Assembly: GCF_001447785.1 (NCBI RefSeq) | Contig: NW_015167536.1 | Span: 496,001-560,000 of the forward strand | DNA length: 64,000 nt | Reading direction: 5' to 3' | Origin: Gekko japonicus | Taxonomy: Eukaryota | Shown: piece after piece, positions 59,637 through 64,000 of the stretch | Position numbering within the stretch: the stretch's first letter is position 1 | Layout: every line of letters starts with the position of its first letter | Made by a program: the position numbers and the translations under genes | Notes under the pieces: model-generated | Databases searched by the model: none | Told to the model about the DNA's origin: nothing | The model's input: only the letters and a program-made list of their open reading frames with translations

Positions 59637-62600
59637 AAAAGGCTTTGAGATCAGCAGCAGGTTATACAGTTGTGTGGCCATTTAGTATTTATATGCCGCT
59701 TTTGCTAACTGTTCTAACGTGTGTAGAATGTAGATGAGGAGATACAAGTGCACACGCACATTCAGCCTAAAAGTAAATTTGAAAAAAGCTACATTGTGTG
59801 TGTGTGTGTGACCAGTAAACACACCCGAGACACAATAAATATTCGTCACAAAATAAGACATGGCGGTGAAGCTTCCAAGATCCTAACCACTCGGAAACCC
59901 GCCCTATAAGAATGGTTAAGCGTTTTTTCGAGGTGCCTGGACAATGCTGGGATTCGTTCAGCGTGCGCTTGTCAGTCCCGTTGCACTGCGCAGAGCTTCC
60001 TTTGGGCCTGCGTGTCTTGAAACCAAAACCCGCTGAAGTCCGTGGGAATCGTGCACAGTTACACTCGTGGGTGTTAGAGACCTGGCCTAACAGGTTTGAT
60101 CTCGCAAGAGCGGAGCTGTTGGCAACGGTTTGCTGCATCGGCTCCAGCAGGCGCCTGCCTTTGAAAGTCATCCAGGGACGCCACACATCCGAGCTATGCT
60201 TAGAAACAAATCTCCTCACCTTCAGGGGGACTTCCTAGCCAGGGCTCTTAGCAGTGCAGAAACCAGGCTGGGATCCTCTGCGCAGGAGGGAGTCCCACTG
60301 AAGCTCATTCTGGAAAGAAGACCAGCAGTAGGACTAAAAGGCATCTCTCTCGGCGATTCCTTCCCCTGCATCCCTCCCAAAAGGCACTTCCCTGGCTCTA
60401 CCCTCGATGGTGATACCTCCTCGTTTCTGGTTTGTGTCCTTGTGGTTGCTGCTCCATTCCATTCACGTCTAGGATGAAGTCTAGGGTTTGCACCATTTTC
60501 GAGGTCAAACAGCTTGTGACGAAAGAGTCAGTCAACCAATCAACCAATCCAATTACTGTTCGTTGGACCACCCTCATGAACAGGAACGCACAATCAGATA
60601 ACACAGGCCGAGCAGGAGGCTCTTTCAATACGCTGTGTTATAACCCCCACCTGTCCAGTCACTTGGTTTTCTACATCTCTTAGTAACCAAGGAAGTTTCT
60701 CATCTGAGGAGTCAAAGCCAGCTTCAAGTAATGGGAGAATTAAGTTTTATCTTAACTCTGAAAATATGGGACAATCTGATACTACATGGTCAATAGACTC
60801 TATTGGACTTGAACCACAGACATATAAGCTATCAGAAAACGGCATAACCTTGGTATCGTCCCATTAAAACTTCAGACGCCAACGCACTGAACCGTGCTAA
60901 CCTAAATGCCCTCCTATACCTTGGTATGGTCAGCAGAAGAAAGTATCTTGGCATAACAGAGTTAATCATGTGTTTTAGTCCCTACCATTGGGGGAAGAAG
61001 TGTCTCATTTTGGCCAGACCCTGCTGGTGCTTCGGTGCCTTGCTCTGGCCTGCCTGGCCAGCTCCGGTGCTGTCGCGCCACGGATCGTTTCAGAGCGGAT
61101 CCCATTCACCCTCCAGGAAAATACTAAAGTGATGGGTGTTACAGGTCAAAACACTTCAGTATTTACAGGGTTAATGATGTTTGTTAAGTCACATGTTTGT
61201 TTGTAACCAATCTGTTTAGACAAGAGAATGCCCGGGAACTTTGGAGCTAATTTGCTAGTCTGATTGGAAACCAAGGTGTCAAGTATTTAGCATATTGGCT
61301 TCTCCTCCCGTTCTTTGTTCTGACTAGAGAAGGAGACGCCATTCGGCTCTTCCCGTTTTACCTTCTAGCTGCAAGGATGTAGGCATATTAGCTCTTTGTT
61401 ATTTTATATCCTGTGTACCTTTTTTCCATGTTAGGTTTATAGTAAACTTTTATATTTTAAAACACACCATGGACTCAGTCTCTTAATACTCTGCTGACTT
61501 ACTCAAAAAGAATCCCAACGTAAAGCCAGCTATTCCATTTTATAATAGGGACTATGGCACGGAAGAAAGAGTATCTCTGTATTCCTAAAACAGCCCCCAC
61601 TGGAACTCCCATTTATGCTTGTGGAGGTTTTTTTTTAAATTATTTATTCTCCCATATAACATCTGGGGGTGGGGGAAGGGACAAGGATCTCCTTGTATTC
61701 TTTTACTTTCTCAGTTCAGAGCTGTGGCTAACTCAGGGCCCTGGCTGGCACTCCCTGAGCTGTGGCCTTTAGGCCGCTGGTGTCAATGGATTTGCTTGGC
61801 TTTTTACACCCAAACAGGTAAAAGTCGACCCGTTCGGAGTGTTTAATTGGGCCACGTTTCACTGTAAACAAATAAATTAAAATGTACTTAACCTGAGCCA
61901 TCTGTACGATGCTCGGCTTCCTCTTCTCCTCCTACCCTCCCACCCCTTCACTTAGGTTGTTAGAACACTTCCCTCTCTAAATAGTTCCCACCGGAGTAGC
62001 AAGCAAAGACATTACAGTGTCTTTTAAAAAGAAAGAGGAGGGGGGGGGGAGAGAAGAGCTCTTATTATGGAAAACGTGCATCCAGCCTGTGTAACTCTAT
62101 TAAAGTAATAATAATAACGCTTCTAATAAAACCCATTCAATGAAATAGTGGACCTTCAGGGATTTGCATGCGGAGAGCAGGGAGCAAGCTCTCCATGCGA
62201 AGCAACGGTGTTATGAGTTAAAAGGGGATAATGCTACCACTTGGAAGGCGTTCTACAGGTTCCATCCCCGCTAGAGCTGCATTAGAAGCGCCTGTCGGCC
62301 GGAGGCCCTGGGCCGGCTCCTGCGGAACGTTCCAAGCGTGCGCTCTAGTCAAGGAGACATCCTGGCCGGGTTCATTCGGAACTACCTCACGCACGTTTCC
62401 TTGGGACTTCACTTGCCAAACAATATGTTTGTCACGGCAGCCGTAGGCCTGTAGATCTGTTCGAAGTGCGGCCCTCAGACTTCATCCTGGTTTGGGTGAC
62501 CATTTAGACAGTCTGAGGGAAGACAACGACCCGCGATTCAGCCGGGACAGTCCAAGACAGAGTCCATTGAATTCAGAGGTCTTAGAATGGCCTGCCTCTC

Positions 62601-63116
62601 TTTAGGATTCCACTGCAAACCTCCCAGGCTGAGGCCGCCTGTATTCTTGAGATGCCTGGACCTGTCACGGGAGATTCAAAGAGCAATTCGAAGCGCCCAT
62701 GCCCATCACCGCCCGAAAGATGGGGCGCAACTTTTGTTCAGAGGGGAGCATTTAAGCGGTCGTCCCACTTTCCTACATTCTGATTTTGGTGATGTTAAAC
62801 TAAGGTCAGTCAGGGGATGGGGGCGAGTGGATGGGTATGAGCGTTTTCACATCCGTGGCTTCTTCCAGAGGCTCTCTCGTGCTTAGGCTTTCGGCTTGAC
62901 TGTTTTTGTGGAGAGGGAAGGAAGCGAGCATCGCCACCAGCGGGTTATCTGGGGCGCCTATCCGTGCTTTCCTGGCGCAGATGGGTTTGCCCGAGTCCTT
63001 TGCAAAGCCGAACGGCGCGTTGCACGAAAAAGATCTCTCCCGTGGTCGCCTTCGGGTCTTCCAACACGCAGCCCGGTTGCGAAACAAAGCCGCTGGGGCT
63101 GCAACTACCTTCGAAC

Positions 63117-63149
63117 GAAGAAGAACAGAGAAGAGATTGGATTTATACC
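63117..63149 (-). mobile_element. Isolated 3' tail of the same SINE family
   Basis: Reverse complement GGTATAAATCCAATCTCTTCTCTGTTCTTCTTC matches 59596-59636. Confidence 0.6.
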
Positions 63150-64000
63150 AAGGACGAATGGACGAGGGAAGGCAGAGCCCTTCCAATGCCATGAATAGGA
63201 GGTCTACAACAACCGCCCAGTCTCACGGGAGTTGGATTAAAATAGACTGCAGTCCTTTGGCAAACTGGGCTCTGGACCGCTCTGGACCGCTTTGCCAATC
63301 TATCAACAGAACCACATCTGGAACATGGGTCCTTAGAGTAGATATCAGACCGTTTCGGGGGGGGGGGGTCAGATGTTTACAGTTTGCTTGGCTTTTGGCC
63401 GCTTCTGTTCCATTGAACTCTTGCACTTGTTTGTTTTTCAGAGAATCGAGGGGGTGGCTTACAGGTCCCCTCGGACAATCTCTCTCTCTCTTTCCTAATT
63501 TCAATAATTCATCGATGCGCAGCTGTGTCGTGTGGGGGACTCGGAGCGCCTCGCTACGCTCTGCAAACTGGGTTCCGAGGAATACTTATGCAACCGGGGT
63601 GGGGTGGGATTGGGCTGCTATCCTAAGGTCATACGCGAGTCACTTGAATCTTATTTGCTCACTGCAGCGTGTTTCACGTGTCCGGGAGTCGAAGTGTAAC
63701 AAGCATCGCTTTGGAAAGCGATGGAAAGGCAAGTAAGAACCCACCTCCAGGAAAAAAAAATACTGGAAAACAATTCAAGCGAATAAAGACACCGGTTGCA
63801 ATCTTATGCACGCACGTTTGAACCAACCCCACAGAATTAAAAGAGAATTACTTCCCAATAAACATGCATAGGATTCAGTCGGCCCACAGTTTTGTTTTTA
63901 AATAACCCTTTATTTTGTAAATCCGTTATATTCTTGCGGGGGTCCCAAATTTAGTCTTACGATAACTTTCTTTCTTAAAAACAAACCAACCAACAAACCA

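Noticed and set aside
62906-63736. 276-aa ORF on + strand
   Set aside because: Non-ATG start, no recognisable domain, and it runs through a SINE tail and a poly-G tract; likely chance.
48200-64000. Possible Hox14/Evx remnant or other gene beyond HOXC13
   Set aside because: No homeobox-like (WFQNRR) or other recognisable coding sequence seen, consistent with amniote HoxC clusters ending at HOXC13.
1-64000. Very frequent G/C homopolymers, several beside N gaps, as a functional G-quadruplex system
   Set aside because: Spread without pattern and typical of this kind of genome; run lengths are unreliable in a gapped assembly.

Overview
Vertebrate genomic DNA covering the posterior end of a HoxC cluster on the minus strand. 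HOXC11 is join(6220..5542, 4085..3853), 303 aa, intact. HOXC12 is join(31998..31434, 30061..29823), 267 aa, intact. HOXC13 is join(47872..47209, 44449..44198). About 16 kb of gene-free flank follows. The repeat content (tRNA-derived SINE with a CTT tail, CR1 and Penelope-like fragments, hAT MITEs inside the cluster) points to a squamate, probably a gecko (inference). Main observations: (1) HOXC13 exon 2 lacks 5 nt at ~44381 at the start of the homeodomain, so the spliced frame ends at 44298 without a homeodomain while the rest of the gene shows no decay. This is either a recent loss-of-function allele of the claw/nail/hair-keratin regulator or an assembly error. (2) Blocks between HOXC11 and HOXC12 resemble, from memory, conserved parts of mammalian HOTAIR, in the antisense orientation and with a candidate splice donor and acceptor. 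(3) A TSD-flanked inverted Penelope-like insertion in the cluster carries a minimal hammerhead ribozyme motif. (4) HOXC12 and HOXC13 share an E-box/CCAAT promoter module in opposite orientations. The assembly has six N gaps. No searches were run; homology calls come from recognition of the sequences.
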